Source of the DNA: Marsupella aquatica
Taxonomy: Eukaryota; Plantae; Marchantiophyta
Length of the DNA stretch: 64,000 nt
Reading direction: 5' to 3'
Assembly: GCA_973895155.1 (NCBI GenBank)
Contig: OZ316897.1
Coordinates: 6,337,327-6,401,326, forward strand
The position numbers and the translations under genes were made by a program. Positions 34,573-50,524 of this stretch are shown here, piece by piece (the stretch's first letter is position 1; every line of letters starts with the position of its first letter). The notes beneath the pieces were generated by a model. The model was given only the letters and a program-made list of their open reading frames with translations, was not told where the DNA came from and did not search any database.

Positions 34573-36940
34573 CTTCGTGATTTAAGTCCACAGCTTCGTA
34601 ATTGCTGGGGTGTACCTGCCTCAAGGGTGGGGCTTTAGAGTATGCATTGGAAAAAAATTGGAATCGCAAGTCAAACCAGATGCAGTGATAGTGAGTTCTG
34701 CAGAATGAAGTTGGTCTAAAAACTTACATGACTGACCTTCCCTCTTATCGTACTATTGGGCTGGAGTCTCGATTACAATATATTAAGACCCAAGGGATTC
34801 AGTCAGTTTCAGGCCAATGCTGGATTTCTTGTAGATATGAACATCCCGGTAACCCGAATAGTTAAGGGTTCATGCTCTGTAAGTAACTTGCTACACTATT
34901 TGACGCGTGTTGTGTGGCCGACATTATCTCACGTGTGACAATAATATGGGGAAAACACATTTTCAACAAAGACAATTGGATAAGGGACACTGGGTCGAGA
35001 GACAGCAAACAGAGTTAGAAAAGGAAGGTACCATGATTCTGCAGTATTTTCAGTGCTCAAAGAAAATCAGGTACCCATTACACCAGGGTACCCAGACTAT
35101 ACCGTTAAAAAGTGTGTTCTAGACAATGGCAGGATGGTATCCTAATGCGCTTGGGTTGTAATATCAACATGAATGACTTTGGCAAACTTTGTTAACACAT
35201 GTTGACGTCGCCTCTTCATTAGTGGGCAAGATCAGGCTCCAACAGTCCATTACGATAATGGAGGTCTTCTTCGGTTAGCAGTCTGAGGATGCTGCAGTAG
35301 TGGGGCCAGCCATGCAAGTCTGACACTTGAGTTACAGGGAAGCCGCTACTCATAGTAAGAGCTAGATGTCAAGATTTACCTTAAATCATACGACTCGGTG
35401 GTTTGCAGGTTGAGTTATTTATCCAAAATTCGTTGATTGTTTGCAAGTCTCTAGTCGAGTGGTCCCATCTAAAAGTTGATCGTATCACTTTGTAATGAGC
35501 ATATGCTTGATTAGATTCTTTATATGCTAAAGATTGCCTCCTACTTGTGATGTAACCAAAATCGACGTGATGCCTGAATCATGGAAATTTTGAGTTGTCT
35601 GACTAAATTTTGGCCTCAAGACTTTTTATTCAATAGCTCACAATTCCTTAACAGCTGCGTGAGTCACTACTGCACATCGAACAGCAGCGATTCAAGCTCG
35701 ATAGATCACAATTACTTCACGGCTGCTTGAATCACTGATGCACGTCAAACGGCAGTGATTCAACCAGCCGATTCTCCCATTCGATTTCTTAGCCGGCTAC
35801 TACAGAATGACCAGGCATCTAATTGAATTGGTACGAGTTATCTCCGCGTCAATTAACATGATGCTCCCTGGGATTGGGTGACAGACAACATATGGTCTGC
35901 CTGGAAATCAGAAACTTGATCAAAGCTTATGTTTGAGGCAGCTCTTTGTCAGTGCGATCTTGCTACTCCTTCCGAGTGAAAGGAAGTCCCATATCAACCA
36001 GCTGGTATAGTATGCTTCCCTCGCGGGGGATTGGGCAGCCAGGAATATTATTGTACCCTTCAAGCACATTATCTCTAATGACTATCACATTTGTTGTAAC
36101 CACACATATCCACTTCAGTGCTTTTGATGTCAGAGAAACCTGTTAGATTCGAGTCTTCTTAAGAAATGGAAGTTTACACTTCTAAATAGAAATAAATTGA
36201 GGAATCATCCAGAATCGTACCAAATGAATGTTATGATGGTCCAGACGTTATTTGGCAATTAGTAGTGCAAATCTCTACAACCCCCAAGAAGCTGTGAACT
36301 GTGGCGGTCAAGGTCCAGGAAATTAGCGCCGGACAACCCGACGGTTTATTTCATGACCACACTGAAAAACATGACAGCAATTTCTAGTAACCAGGAAAGA
36401 AACAATCACCAGAGTACCACACTGGTAGAGTTGTTCTGCTGTCTAATATACATCGGTGCCTATAAGATTGTACTTTCATTTGAACGCGTTAGGATTGTGA
36501 GATAACGATCCTCCAACAGCTCCAACCTGAAACCTCGCCGAAATCCTCTCAATGATAAACTGTAATGACAGTGGAGGACCAGAAATCCTCCTCTGTGCCT
36601 TCCCGCATTAACAAATCCTTCCTCTGAATCCAGCTTGTTGAGGGACCAACATTTCCAGTGTCCGATGATCTGAATATCTTAATTCCACCATGACAAACTA
36701 GAGTGAACGGGTTTCTAAGGGAAAGGGTAAACGAAAGGGCCCTGACGAAGACCAATAAATTAGCATAAATCTCATTTACCTGGCTGCCAACCAACGATCT
36801 ATTTCCGCTGCAACACCGTTAGTATCTCCAATGAGATGGGACCTAGCGTCAAGAATCTCTTTTACTTGCCCGGGAACTTTTCCCACGAGATGGAACCTCC
36901 AGACACATTTAATGATCCGCTGCTTTTAAATCGAACTAAA

Positions 36941-39900
36941 TCATGGTACAAAAGAAGGCGACGTAAAACGATGAGCATCTGCAAATTCTCGCAGCACACG
37001 TTTCAATATGCGGCCCCCGTCACCCTGCATGTAGCCAGCTACCCCTGCTCTTCCCCCATTGCATGTTACTCTATTTTTATAACAATCAGAAGCTGCAGCC
37101 TCTAGTGCACTAATCCATACTCTAGTCAAAATTTCAACTTCTCCTTGCTTCAAGTACTCTTGTGGCAATGCTCGTATCTGCCAGTCAAAAAGAAAGTCAA
37201 CACAAGTTCTGTTCACAAATATTCCGTACCAGCTTGACAGCATTCGTTTAAATCATAAGGCAGTATCAAATAGACAATCGGTAGTGTTCCGGATAGTACC
37301 GCGGCAACAAGCCAGCCCTGCAGTGAGCTCCAATTCAATGATAACTTATCGTCACCTCCACCAATATAACACAAAGCAGCAAGCTGTTGAAGAATAATGG
37401 TGGATTTATGAACCTGTAGAGAGCAACGGCAGTCACAACACATGTGTGAGACCCAGTAAATGGCTTCTAAGAAAGCGTTTTCCGCTCCCAGGCCATTGCC
37501 AACGGTTACCCGAAAAACTGTCAATGACCTATTCAGTTGAAAGCATTGTCTGGATGACTGACAAGATAGACTTCACCTTTGCTAGCTAATAAATTACTGG
37601 ACAGAACAAAATCAAATTTATCGAAAGGGAGCAGAATTAGCATACCCTTGCCATAGCTGAAACACCCAGTAAGGCGTACAGTATGCCCGAAATCACGTTC
37701 TCCCCATTTGAGTGGCATATTTTTACAGTCACTGAAGCGAGCAAAGGTACCGATGCGTCTGAAGCTGAGTCCAAGAATGCTGACAAACCAACTCCTAAGA
37801 AGCCTGCAAGACACACACAAATGAGATTCTACTTGAGTCACGTCAGTAAAATGGATTCTCCGAGCCTGATAGTTGCAGTGACAGTTTTGTATCCTTGGAA
37901 GACATTTTCCACAAGTAGTGAGCCAACACAAAGCTCATTAATGCCCCTAAGCTTGCTAGCGCTCATGCTTGAAATACACAGGCCTGTAAGAAGCAGAGGT
38001 GATTGTATGACAGGAACAGGTACTGTCCACTGGCAAGAATGACAGCAATGAATCACATTGAATGGAACGAAAAAAGTATCGGAGGAGACCAACTGACATG
38101 ACATAGAAGACATTGCCGCTATTGCAGCTCCACGATGCATGGCAGTACAGCAAATGGTCGCTTTACTGAAGGAAATTTCCAGCAAGTCTTCAGCAGCAGC
38201 TACAACTTCCTACTCACCAGGGCAAATAAGATTAAATATTCACATTGTGTCATTTGTTGATTTCCGAAATAGTCAAGGTCTATTGCCTAGTATCCATGCC
38301 ATACGATGAAATGGACTGACGAAACATTTTCCTATGGACATTGTGTAAGACCAGATCATGTCTCTTTGTGCAGTGCCCACCACTGACGTCAGCCCTTACT
38401 GATATTAGACTTAAATTCCTCAGATCTCTCCATGAATCCTCCTGGTTAAAAAGCCACTGATCATCCATTCTCTCCACTCTTTTCGTATATTTCACATCTT
38501 TCACTTGAATTGTATTGAGCCTCGCACTTTCGACGTACAAGGCTGTGCTTGTCTTATTCATTCTTTATCAATTCAGTAAGAAACCGTCCACTTTAGAACC
38601 CAAGAGGGTTGGATGCGAGATTCCAAGTGTATGGGAAACATTTTAAGATGCCACTCAGAAACGCTCTGCAGATAAGATAAGGAAAAATGCGCCCATACAT
38701 ACAATGACGACCCAATCAACCCATCGGAATGAATTTTGCCAGTAAAGATATGTACCTTTGGGCAACAGCGCACAAATATCGAAGTGAAATTCATATAAGC
38801 TTCAGCAAGCTCAGGCTCTTGATCACATGTATATGAACTGCTCATGGCTGACATTGCTTCTGAAACGGTGAAGACTCGCAATGTCTCAATGAACAGAGGA
38901 CCGTATTCAACTTCGTGTCCAAATTCTTCCACTGCTGTTGCAGCTGATGGCTTGCCACAGAATACAATAAACACGATCAGCTCAGAATACCCTACAGAGA
39001 ACCATGTCACTATATCGGTTTCTTCGACTTGCACGGCCAGCACGAACTCACGACGCTTCCTAATTTGGCATTACTAATAGAATTTTCGTTCATAATATCT
39101 GTACGGTTGACGCTTTGTTAGCAGAAATCAAAGACATACCTGTTCTTATAAAGCAAACATGAGACGGGAAATTTATAAAATTCGTTGATAGAGCACTCAT
39201 AATGCCAGGCAAAAATGTATTGCAATTCCGCCCTGCAAGTGGGAGGCATCCAGTACCTTATCCTTAGAAAAATTTCAAATCAAGAAAAACAACTTCCCAC
39301 GTTCACAATCAAGCTATCCACTAAATGTCAATGATTAATACAATAACACAATTGCTAAATAATGAAGAAGCAGACGAAAGCAGTACAAGGCATTGTTGAG
39401 ACTATTTGAAGCAATATAAACCTGTCGCTTGAATGGCATGAGACAGAGTTTTGCTTGCTGCCAATGCCAAGCCATTATCTTCCATATGGCGTGACAAGAG
39501 CAAGCGCTCTATCAGTGGCCAAAAGTGAGCCAGGACTCTAAGTACAGGTTTCTCTCCACTAGGACTGTCTGCATTCGATAACGATAATTGGCTGAAGTAG
39601 ATCCCAAGTCTGTGGCACATTCAATTAGAAACGTAAGGTTCACGTCTTCACCGCGAAACGACTGCACTAATAGACAATTAATGCAGTTCAGATTGAAGTT
39701 TTGGTTGTTGACATTCAAAGTCAGTTGGGCATCGCAGAAATTAGTTTAAAGAAGTCTAAAGTATACAGGCTCTATTACCCTTGAGAACATGAATGGACGA
39801 TTATGACTTTAAAACCCAGCTGAATTCTTTCGTCCAAATTATAAACTCTGATGATATCATGCTACTTATTAATAGCGACGTGTAATTCTTATTACTCTGC

Positions 39901-42900
39901 TCCTGATAACGGAGCACCAACTATTTGAACAGGCCCAGTTTCATAATTTTGTCCTTCACAAATCTAGATCGTTCCTTCCGATGAAAGCAAAAGTCAACCA
40001 AATATTCTGATGAATCTCATCTGCCAGCCAGCAGAATTGATCGCTACATAATGCCATTACTTGAATTTTCTGGTCATACCTATGCAACGCTCGTATTCCA
40101 GCCTCGAGAGATGCTGCATATGCTGCCGAATGGAGTTTGAGAGATCCTTCACTGTTTGACTCAAGCTGTGATACAAATGCACGGAACATTGTGAACTGTT
40201 TGAACTTCTCAAACAACGCAACAACCTTTTTGGTTAAGAGTGCCATAGCAAAGCACAATATATCAGAAGCTGAAGTATAAAATAGAGTGCAGGGAATCAA
40301 CGTACCAAAGAGTTGATAGCCTCATGACTGGGCTTCAAAAGCCTCTCTAATGCTTGGTTCAAGCGCGAACTGTCAGTCAGATTGGACAACACAGAACCAA
40401 TTGCAGATACAACGTCTTCCTCCTCTTGAAGAAGTAAACGGACAGTATATAGTTCCTGAGATTTTTCAGAAAAGCGCAAATCAAGACATACATTTACATC
40501 GAAATAAATATCCAAGATTTAGCACATACTGCATGCTGCTACAAGCAACTTGAACATATAATAATCTAGTGTACATGCAAGGGGAAGAGAAGAGTTCCCG
40601 AAAAACCTCAATTCATGTGGCGACCACGAGAGAGAACTAGCAGGATTGTATATTAAAGTCAGCGAGACAAGACAAGTCAGTAGAGCCTCAGAGTGCATAC
40701 ACACCAGGCAGGTGAAAACAGAGTACAGTATTGTGTATTGCTGCTAAATGAGATGGTCTTTCAACTTAAGAGATCAGGTTCTCCATGATAAGTTATGCCC
40801 TACTTACATATTCATAAAGTGAAGATAGGTGATGATAGAGGAGCAAATACAGCTTTGGCGAAAATAGAGTTAAAAAAACAGGCCTAAAATATCACCTCTC
40901 CAATTCGCAGCAATCCTTCAAAGGTTGAAGGATCAGTTGCTATACTGGCAACATCTTCACACATCTTCCTTAACGCTGCCGCACAAGCACCAGCTGCAAC
41001 TCGTGTCATGAGACCTGATGCTAAATATGAACTGCCAAACACAAGTTGAATCAGCATCATCCATAAGTTTACCTTCTCGAATCAAACACATCTTACTTAG
41101 CATAAATCTGTTCAATTGAAGAGCTAGCTATATTGAACTAGTTCACATGAATAGTCACGTTGGCCGAGCCTGGCAACTTGACGTACACTAGCCCAGAGCG
41201 AAAACAGATGGATAACGAAAATCTTGAATAGAGAGCCTCACTGTTAGATGGACAACGGGATAGGCAAGGTTGGGAAGTTCACTCACAGCAATGGTAATAT
41301 TGCGTTCGGATAGCTGCAGATCCATGTTGAATATGATCCGACAACTTGAGCACCTGCTTTATGAACCTGTACCTTCCGGCAGCACTTTAACATTTCACTA
41401 ATACATACTTACAGAAAGTGACGGTTGTAGAAAATACACAAAAATAGACGCATCCCAAAATCATTGACCTCCATAATAAACAAAAAATTCATGAGCCTTA
41501 GTCGTTGAGGAAGCAAGACAGACGAAGCATGAGCGAATTGCGTCTCTAATCTAGCTCATCCCCAAGAATGGAAAAAGGAACAGAGACTACAACAGGGTCA
41601 ATGGCCAGGGACAAGAAAAATGATTGTTCAATGAGAAGAAAAAAAAGTGCGGCGATACGAGTTAATCCTCGTTCCTTGGTGAGAGTCCTCACATTGAATG
41701 CCATGCCAGCCTCAAAGACAAGGAACATCTCTACCACTCATGCTCATAGACAGTGCAATTGCGCTTAAGAGCAGGTACAAAGAAGGTATGGAAAAAATCG
41801 GAAAGACTTTCATGGGCTGAACATTGAAGATAGTTTCCTTAAATATTAAGGCTCTAATAGACAGGATCACTTACTGGCTATCCAGAAAATATCCACATAT
41901 GGAATATCATGAAGAAATGTTACATGAGAAACACATAGATTATTTTTCGGAGACCACGTGAAAAGGTCCTGTAACTCGAGTTGCAAGCGTAGAAGAAACA
42001 ACAAGATATTTGTAAACTTTAGACCATTACAATGATCAACAATGTATTCATGGTCTTCTTAAAGGCAGTAACACGTCGACAAAGTAAAAAGTAAAAGAAG
42101 AACCTCCGCTTTGCCTTTCTTGAATACTGACACAACTTAAGAAACCCATCATTTCGGAAGAGTGACATGTTCTCAGGAAAAGCCTCAGTGATGTCTAGAA
42201 AGATGTACTATAACAAGCCTATATTCTTACCAGATGCATTAATATCGGTTCTCTGCAACAAGCACGCGACTGCAGAAAGACTAATAGCTGCATCACAGGA
42301 GTAAGATCTAGCCCTTGCCCTTCTGAAAGAACCACATCAGCAACCTGCACATGTATCTCTCTTTTAGTAAGAGGACCTCGATATCAATGTTAAATTGTCG
42401 ATCAGCTGCCAGTAACTTGAGATATAGAATTTAGCGTAAGAGCAATAGCACAAGCAAGAGCAACCTACAACATGTCTTAGAGACAAAGATGATACCATGT
42501 TCAGTGCGAAGAGTGCAGCCTCAACAACTTGCCACGGAACATCCGAGTCAAACGAATACCATGCATCGGCTCCGCTAAGTAGCTTTCAAGACAACCGATT
42601 TGAGTTAGGGACGTGGATCATATCGTAAGAGCCTTGGTCATAGATCACTCAAGATATCACACAACTATTTTCTTCAAGTCACAGTCATAGTTCCGATCTT
42701 ACCTTAGATAGGAATTGTGCTGGACTCAACAGGCGACAAATATCTGCCAATGGTTCATCCAGGCTCATTCTAAAGTGTGCGAGGCCATCCGGAAGGCCTG
42801 TATTTCCATCAAGGTCATCCTCAACATAGTCACCCGAGCCAACCTACAAAAAGGGTATGACACGTATGTGATAACGAGGGAGATGAATTTCACTTCAGGA

Positions 42901-45900
42901 CTCCAGAAAAAGGAGTGATTTGAACACCCTGAGTAGCGAGATTTCTCCACGACTGCAGTTGAGTTAATTTCTTTAGAAAGAAAATCAACTTACCCCCGAC
43001 TTATGGGCTGTGATAAAGTCTTAATATGCATAACAGTCCGCAAGCCAAAATGCAAAAGTGCAATCCCATTCCGTCTGCCTCGAGACAAGAAGCATACTCC
43101 ACACGTCCTTGGAAATAGGGTTCAGGAAGTCAGAAGTTTTGACCAAACTTTGGTTCTTCTTCTTCGAAGTTTACTTCTGGCTCTAGATTGTCCAACGTCA
43201 ATTTAACCATCCATTATCCAAATAACTAGTGGTGAAAAAAACCAAGGACTTATGATCCAAGTACACAGACCCTTACATATGGAGGATACAGTGCAACAAC
43301 TCATAGACCCGAAATATATCTGATTTGAGGTCCTGAGGATCTCAATTCATGCCTCGCACAAACAGGAGCCAGAAAGTGTGCAGTTGCAGGCAAGGGAGGA
43401 GTAGGACAAGTGGTCTGTGTCTCTTTGGTTGACGAACACACGTCTCTAGCTGCACGCGCGTTTTGTCCAGTTAGAGCGAATCAGAAAAGTGTGAATGGGT
43501 AATAGGAGGGGCCCGACCACATCAAGAATGTTAAACAAATAGATACATGGGTGAGCAGATCATAGAGCCTGCAGAGAAGCACGAAGAGTGCCTTACCTGC
43601 GCTCGCATCACCAAGGCATCGAGCAAGGCTATGAAGACTGGTACAAAGGTCACAAGGGCCTGCTGCTTATGACGGCCCCTTTCGGTGCCTTCCATTTTGA
43701 GCAAATATTCTGCTAGTGTGCACCTGCACATCCCAGAACTTCTTAAATGAGAATCATAAACCATCGACAAAACCACATTATTGGGGTACTGCAGTAAACT
43801 GAGGTAGAAATTTTTTATCTACTAGTCAATTTCCTGCCAAGCGCACATACTTAAGTGACTCTTATCAATAACCTTTTGCTTGGTCGGGTTGATTGTCACA
43901 AGACTGGTCCTGGAACATCATCTCAGAATTTCTTTCTAGCAGTTCAAAAACACTTCAATTTCGTTGCCAGCTCAAAAAAATAGCAAAGCTCCCCTAAATA
44001 ATGTACTATTTCAGGTTCTTGCGACTCATGCGTCCAATAGTACAGAATCAATAATTGCAGCACCAAATCTGGAACTTGAAATGCAAACAGTACTTACCAA
44101 AACTGGAGAGTTGATTCTACTATTTCATATTCCGGGGAAGGGAATGCAGCACATCTGCATGTCAAGAACGATAAAATGCTCACGAACCAAATATGTTATC
44201 TCAAAAAAGTCACGCCAGAGTAACAGGCATTACTAATTCATGATAAATTTGCAAAAATAAAAACGATAGGTGCTGCACGCAAGAACATCATACGTGGGAT
44301 CCAAGTGATATGCTTGTACTCTGACCTAACAACCATTTGATGACTGGATATCATTTATAGGCTGTGCAATGTCAGAAGGAAATCACTGAGACATCCTTTC
44401 CACCAATCCATCCATTTTGAAGAACGCACAGCGGAGATGAGAGGTTTCTGACCTTAGAAGAGCATCTGCCAGAGCAAGTGCTTCATTACTACCATTCGCA
44501 ATCAAAGATGGAGCCTGGAGGAGGAAAAAGGACCATAAGAAGACTCTCTGCAACGAAATATGACTCGAAATAGAAAAAAAAACCCAGAACTACTGCAGTC
44601 CTTGACACAAACAGCCATCAATATTTACCATTGCTTTCCTTTGTCAGCATGTGCAGACTGAGCTATTTTTCAAATTAAAGATAGTCTCCACGAATCAGGC
44701 CCAAGACGGTATGGCCAACACAAATCCAATCCAGTATGATAGAGAGGGTACTCACCGCTTGACCAAGTTCTGCCATCAAGCACACAAGGCCGCTGATAAT
44801 GTTTTCATTCCCAGCTGCTAACGCTGGCATCAACAGCGCCTCTTTTATTGAAACCATCTCGGGTAACAGTACCTCTGGTAAGCTCTGCCATAGTCAAAGA
44901 TCACAATTCACTACGTCCGACCAAGAGTGTTTTTAATTATGTCCGTACATTTCTCAGGGTTACATGACCGAATGTGCACAACGTACACTTCTAGAATTCA
45001 TTTCTCAAACGGATCGTATAAGCGAAGCGAATTGACAGGGTTTACCTCATGTCGACTGACGAGTTCAGTGAGGACTTCCACCGCTAAAGCAAAAGTGCTA
45101 GGGTCCTGATCGCCCACAAGACAAAAGCAAGTGCACCGGCGATTAGAAAAATTGAGATTTTTACAATTAGGCTGTTGCGGATATGTTCACCTCGAACATG
45201 GAAAGATTGTTACGACAGCGGAAATCTTTCTAATCAAGGCCTTCCTCTCCCACTAATAGGTTCTCTATTTCCCAAACGTATGCTCCATTCGACTCACTAT
45301 GATATCAGTAGACAACATGAGTGAATGACACTAACGGCAATCTCCAGATAAATCTCAGACAACATGAGCTTGTTCATTGGAGATGTGCAGCTACTACAGT
45401 AGGCTATGCAAAAAGGTTGTCTCTGCCGTATGATCTTACGGAATCCAGCCTCTCCATTAATATATGCAACTAGTCTGAGGAATTGACCAAAGTAAGGAAG
45501 CAACTACTACCTGGAGTGAATTGTACACAAAACTTAGAAGAGGGTGGCTAGGTAAAGAACTTTGTGGGATCTCCAAAAAGCAGCCTACCTTTACCTGCCA
45601 CAAAAAAGAAACAGCAGTCAACACGTTTGACATGTCCTCTGTCTTTCAAATGCTTATAACTATCGTGGACTGACCCAATGAATCAGTTCTACTTCAGGTA
45701 AATGTACCGAAACTCTAGCTTTATGCAAGTACACCCATGTTATTCCAGTTCCAAATCATACTGATAGCAAACTCTAAAGTATATAGGGGGTTACCCAAAC
45801 CCAATTTTTTCATCACCGCCAGCACTGTCCTACTAGCTGAATGAGTATCGATGCAGGCCTTTGTGACCCCCATGATCGTAATTGTCCTCAAAGGTCACTT

Positions 45901-48390
45901 AATACCAAAACTCTTCACCTATTTCCTCTTACAAGTATGGCTGATCAGGGGCAGGATCGAAAAGGCTTGTCTAAATATGAACAGGGTTAAATTTTGAACC
46001 TCTATGCTCAGAAACGTTAGAGACTTATTTGAAATCAGAGCACTCATCTCAAAGCTTCACAGTGATAATTAAAATGCCCTAATAGACCCATCTTAAGCGG
46101 AATGCACCGTCTCAACACCGAAACAAAACAAAGTGACCTCTCCTAGCCAAAATGGTCTGGATCAAAAGTACTTGCTTCGCAAACGAGTGCTACCTAGTCC
46201 AAAAGCCCATTAGCAGTCAGCTCCTTCCCGGAAATCACTTTACTTCCCTGGCTTATCGCAAAAAGTCACCCTTCACTCCGCTTGAAAGAACACATTCTTT
46301 GATTTAGACTTGGACTTTCCCCACCGAGTTTAAGATTTGCGTCAAACGACTTTAGCTACTGTCACACTCAGGGTGGCCAACATAAGGAGGCAGTTCATCA
46401 GATCCTGTGTACCATAACAACCTCCTTCAACACACAGAGGTCCGTGCGGCTTACAATGTGGTTGGAAAACAAGGAAGCCCCGGAGGTTGACACAGAAATA
46501 ATCATAGAGAGTGCTTATTAGAGTAAAGCAAACTACTTAATTGTCACACAACTGAGGCAACACTCCACTGTACATTGCTCAGTGGTGAATCAACTGTGCA
46601 TGGTAAAAGGCTGCGTTCGGAACATACCCAACTCAAAAGACAACGCAAAACTTTACGCTGCTTGTCATGCAGTTGCGAATTTTCCATGTTCTCAGTTTTA
46701 GTACTTTGAAGAAGGAACTCCAACACAGCACCCGTATGAGATAGAAGCTGCCCAAATATAGTCAAGAGCAAACGAGAATATATTTAGTTGGCTCTTGCAG
46801 ACATCGAGCTTGTACTCCGCATGTGCTTGAGCTTAAGGATTCACAAGGCTGCACCATTGCGGACCGTAATGAAGCCACTAGATTCCAGAGAAACAAGATC
46901 TTGCAGAGAACTGATAAGACTCAAACTAATTCAGAGACATGGCCAACCAACCAGGAGACTTGCCTCTTGAGTGAATTCCCTTCTCCTTGAGGAATCCACA
47001 CTCGCATTCACAACTTGATCCTCAATGACCTCTTCTGGCAACACTCTTAGTAACTCAAGAATTCCATTGCTTCCAGTTCCTTGCCCTTGCAGCTCAGACA
47101 AACTTGCAAACAATTGTTCCACTGGCTTAGACCACTCGACAGCTCGCAATACCAGTGCAGATAGAGCTAGACATATCTGGGTCAACACCTGCAAAAAAAA
47201 TTCACGACACCTCAACTTGTTACAATCATACTCCAATCAGACTCACACATTGGTTATCCGACTAAACCGACAAGAAGGTGGACCACGTTCGTTGATTACC
47301 ACAAATGGTATTTATGAACAACGTTTCACACTCATAGATAGGCATGACAGAAAGATACTGACAAGTCACAAGAATTTAAATACGAATCAGATTATTATGT
47401 ACTCCGCGTGTATTCTCTTGGGTTGAACATAAAGGTGGACCCACTTGCGAGGCTCCAGAACCCGCTTGCGAGGATCCAACACTGAACTTCTTTGCTGCCA
47501 TCAGCAGCGCATTTTGGAGAGCACTTCTGTCCTCTGGATTCAAACTAGCAGCGTCACTTTGGATCTGACAGACCGGGCATTTGAAGTCAGTCAAGTTAAA
47601 TTAATTAGTTGTTACCCTAACTACTGAACATGAACAAGGATAAATGCTGTCATGGACTTTGTCGCTCGTGAGTACTCTTATACATCTCTAAAACTCCAAT
47701 GTCCACTCCCATTGATGTGGCAACTATTGTCCTATGAATCGGTGTTCTAATCTCTCAGTTTGACAACATGGGCGCATTTTTCTGTTTACAAGTAAAACTT
47801 CCGTGCCTAGTCGCTCAAGTTTCACGTCCTGACAGAGGAGTGGAAATGATGCGAATTTTACTTCAATTTTAGGTCACCTTGACTATCAGCCAGCGAGAAC
47901 TCTAGCGATTTACTGGCTCCGACACCTGCCACTGGACAAACACCTACAAAACCGGAATGAAGCTTTGGTATTCTGTCCCAAAGCGAAACGACCAAACTTA
48001 CCAGCAATTTTCTCAAGAGTTCTCTTGCCTTCTGTAGCCTATGTTTTTACCATAAAGACGAGAGGTGAAAATGCCAATACACCGGAGGACTACTCTGAGG
48101 TTGAATTACTGCTCGGCACTGCCGCTCTATCAAGTAGTGTATGTTCTGTACTCGCTGAATTCTCGACATTGAAAACGTACCTTCCGCTTCAAGACCTGTG
48201 CCGCGAAGAGCTCCACCCCATAGTCCAGTGTTTGACCAGAATCCGAGGCCAAAATGTTGGTGGCTACTTCCCACGCTGCATCCGTTTGTTGAAAGTGAAC
48301 GAGCCATTGGTTCGCCGAAACTCTATTGCACGACTGCAAGTCGTGGTTCAGCACCTGCACTGCGTGCGCCACCTGACTTTGCAAGTCCAT
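36941..48390 (-). CDS. Importin-beta family karyopherin (TNPO3/importin-13-like, At1g12930-type), multi-exon
   Basis: [17 protein letters not shown]...[34 protein letters not shown]...[10 protein letters not shown], many short exons, and a terminal [23 protein letters not shown]. Confidence 0.88.
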
Positions 48391-50065
48391 TACAGTCTGT
48401 AGTCGAGGAAATACCCCAGAGCTGCTCGTTGCACCACCCAGGTCGCTTGGCTCCACTTAACATTAACGAAAATGCCAGTTGATGACCCCGTTTGGGCAAC
48501 CTGAGTGCACTTCGTCGGAGGAGGAGGAGGAAGTAAAGAGCACCCGATTTTCTGAAAACATCACTTTCCGTTCCAGTAGATACGGAGCATGACGAAAACT
48601 CAACCACCTCATCATTTCGACAGCAATTTCTTCAGTCAGTTGACAGCCTCCTTCCCAGAAAAATTCGAAATTGCCAGCACCCGACCAAAGTAGCCAGCCA
48701 GGCCGATTTTGGGTGTGTCTCAGTAACGAAGTGATCGTTGGTGAATTCTACCCGTGATCGTTTCATCATACCACGAAAAAAAAAGGTAACGACACGCCAC
48801 CAAAGGAGACAGCTTTCCGTGGGGAATGGCCAAGATTGTTGTTGAACGCAGACGAAGGGCAAATCGACAGGCAGCTGCCCAAGCCCATCACAACAAAGAG
48901 CATCTCTGGCCGGTTGGCTGGCAATTTCGTTCCGAGCGCGATACAAGGACCTTAACTTAATGACGATCAATCCACCAAATTCACTTGACCGGGAATAGTC
49001 ACATCAATGTCTTGCAGCAGAGCTACCTCCTCTTCATGATTCCACTTTCCACATGATGTTTTCAGCAAGAAAATCGAAGCCTTCCCCATCCCAAATTTCA
49101 GAGTTCGATTGCATTAGAAAATCGCACCCTCCCGAGCCAAACCAAACACAACCAAACCAATTCCGAATCGAAGTAGCGCAAATCTCACCGCTGCTGCTCG
49201 AATTTTATTGACAGTCGGCGACCGAAGTGCAGTAGCTGCTGCTGTGGATACTATAATCTAATTTTCGTCTGCCTCACTAAACTTCCCAGCATTCGCTCCT
49301 ACTCTGATGACCGAGCCTGCAGCCAAGAGGATTCCCGTTCTTTCAGGTTACTACTGCTCGTCGAGAAAGCTTCAGCTCCCGCAAACAGCAATGGCTTGCT
49401 GCGCCTCACTTGAGGTCCGGTAGTCACATGTAGAAACACTAACTCCACCCCCGCCCCGCCCCCCCCCGGAAATTTATGAGCAGCTCCATCTACTACACAT
49501 TCTGCCTTGCTACTTGGATCCTCGACTGGAGACTAACGTTATGCTCACTGAACAATCGCGCTCGCTCGATTTAGAGAATCCCTCCACTCAAAAGACAGGA
49601 TTGGAGCAGAACTGCGAGCTTTCTCGGACGTGTGGTAAACACGGGTGCCGGATAACACCAGCCAGTCGGTGCGAATTGGTGGTACAGTATGCGCCTACTC
49701 TAAGTTACTCTAGGACAAGAGTACGGTACCACGCTGGCAAGGAAGTCATGTTCGTCTCCCCCTTTTTGTTGCCATTTGGGACTCCATCATGTTGGGGATC
49801 TTTGTACTTTGGGGTGATATGTATGGTCAGTGGATGACTATATATCATACTCCCAAAGAACAATGCGCCAAATGGGGAGACATGGTCCCAAAAGGGAAAA
49901 AACCCAATGAAGTGGGGAAAGCTGGGAGTCCCCGAGGAGACCAAAGAAACCCAATAAACCAGAGTCCCTCCCACTACAAAAGAACCAAAAGCCTACAAAG
50001 GAAAGGAGAAGACAAAATTCCTACTCAATGGAAAACTGGAAACTAAGGTGGAGGTTTGGAGTAAA

Positions 50066-50524
50066 TCACTTGAGAGGGTTAGGCACAAGATCCTGTCTAG
50101 AGGCCCTAAAACCTACAGCCTCTGGCCCATGAAGGATAGGACCCTGAGCCCTCTGAAGTGCAATGGACACCTGCTGCCTAAAGAAGGCCATGAGGACCGA
50201 TAGAGGGGGATATAGCCTCCACTCCATACAAAGGACCCCACAGGCCCTCAAAAACTGTTCAAAGCTATGGTGAAGAGCTTTAAAGATCTCCAAAGCAAAA
50301 GGGTAGTATAGATCCCCAGGGTAACAAGGTGCAAAGCCTCCTCCTTGAACAGGTCTACCTTGGGGTGCAGCATGACCAGGGACATGGGTGACAACCGCAA
50401 CGTGGCTTCCAAAAGTAGGATCAGCAACCACCACATCACCAAGGGCACAAACACCCACCCTTGAAAAAACCAGATCAGCCCGCTTCTGGTCAGGAACCCC
50501 AGGGCGGAAGCACATGGCATTGCT
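50066..50524 (-). mobile_element. 3' fragment of a non-LTR retrotransposon with a restriction-like endonuclease (CRE/NeSL-type)
   Basis: KRADLV...DVVVADP...YPFALEIF...FFRQQVSIALQRAQ, typical of RLE C-termini. The probable 3' UTR extends to ~49730. Confidence 0.65.

Noticed and set aside
36941-48970. Many short ORFs on both strands across the importin gene
   Set aside because: They are exon fragments extended into introns or antisense shadows, not independent genes.
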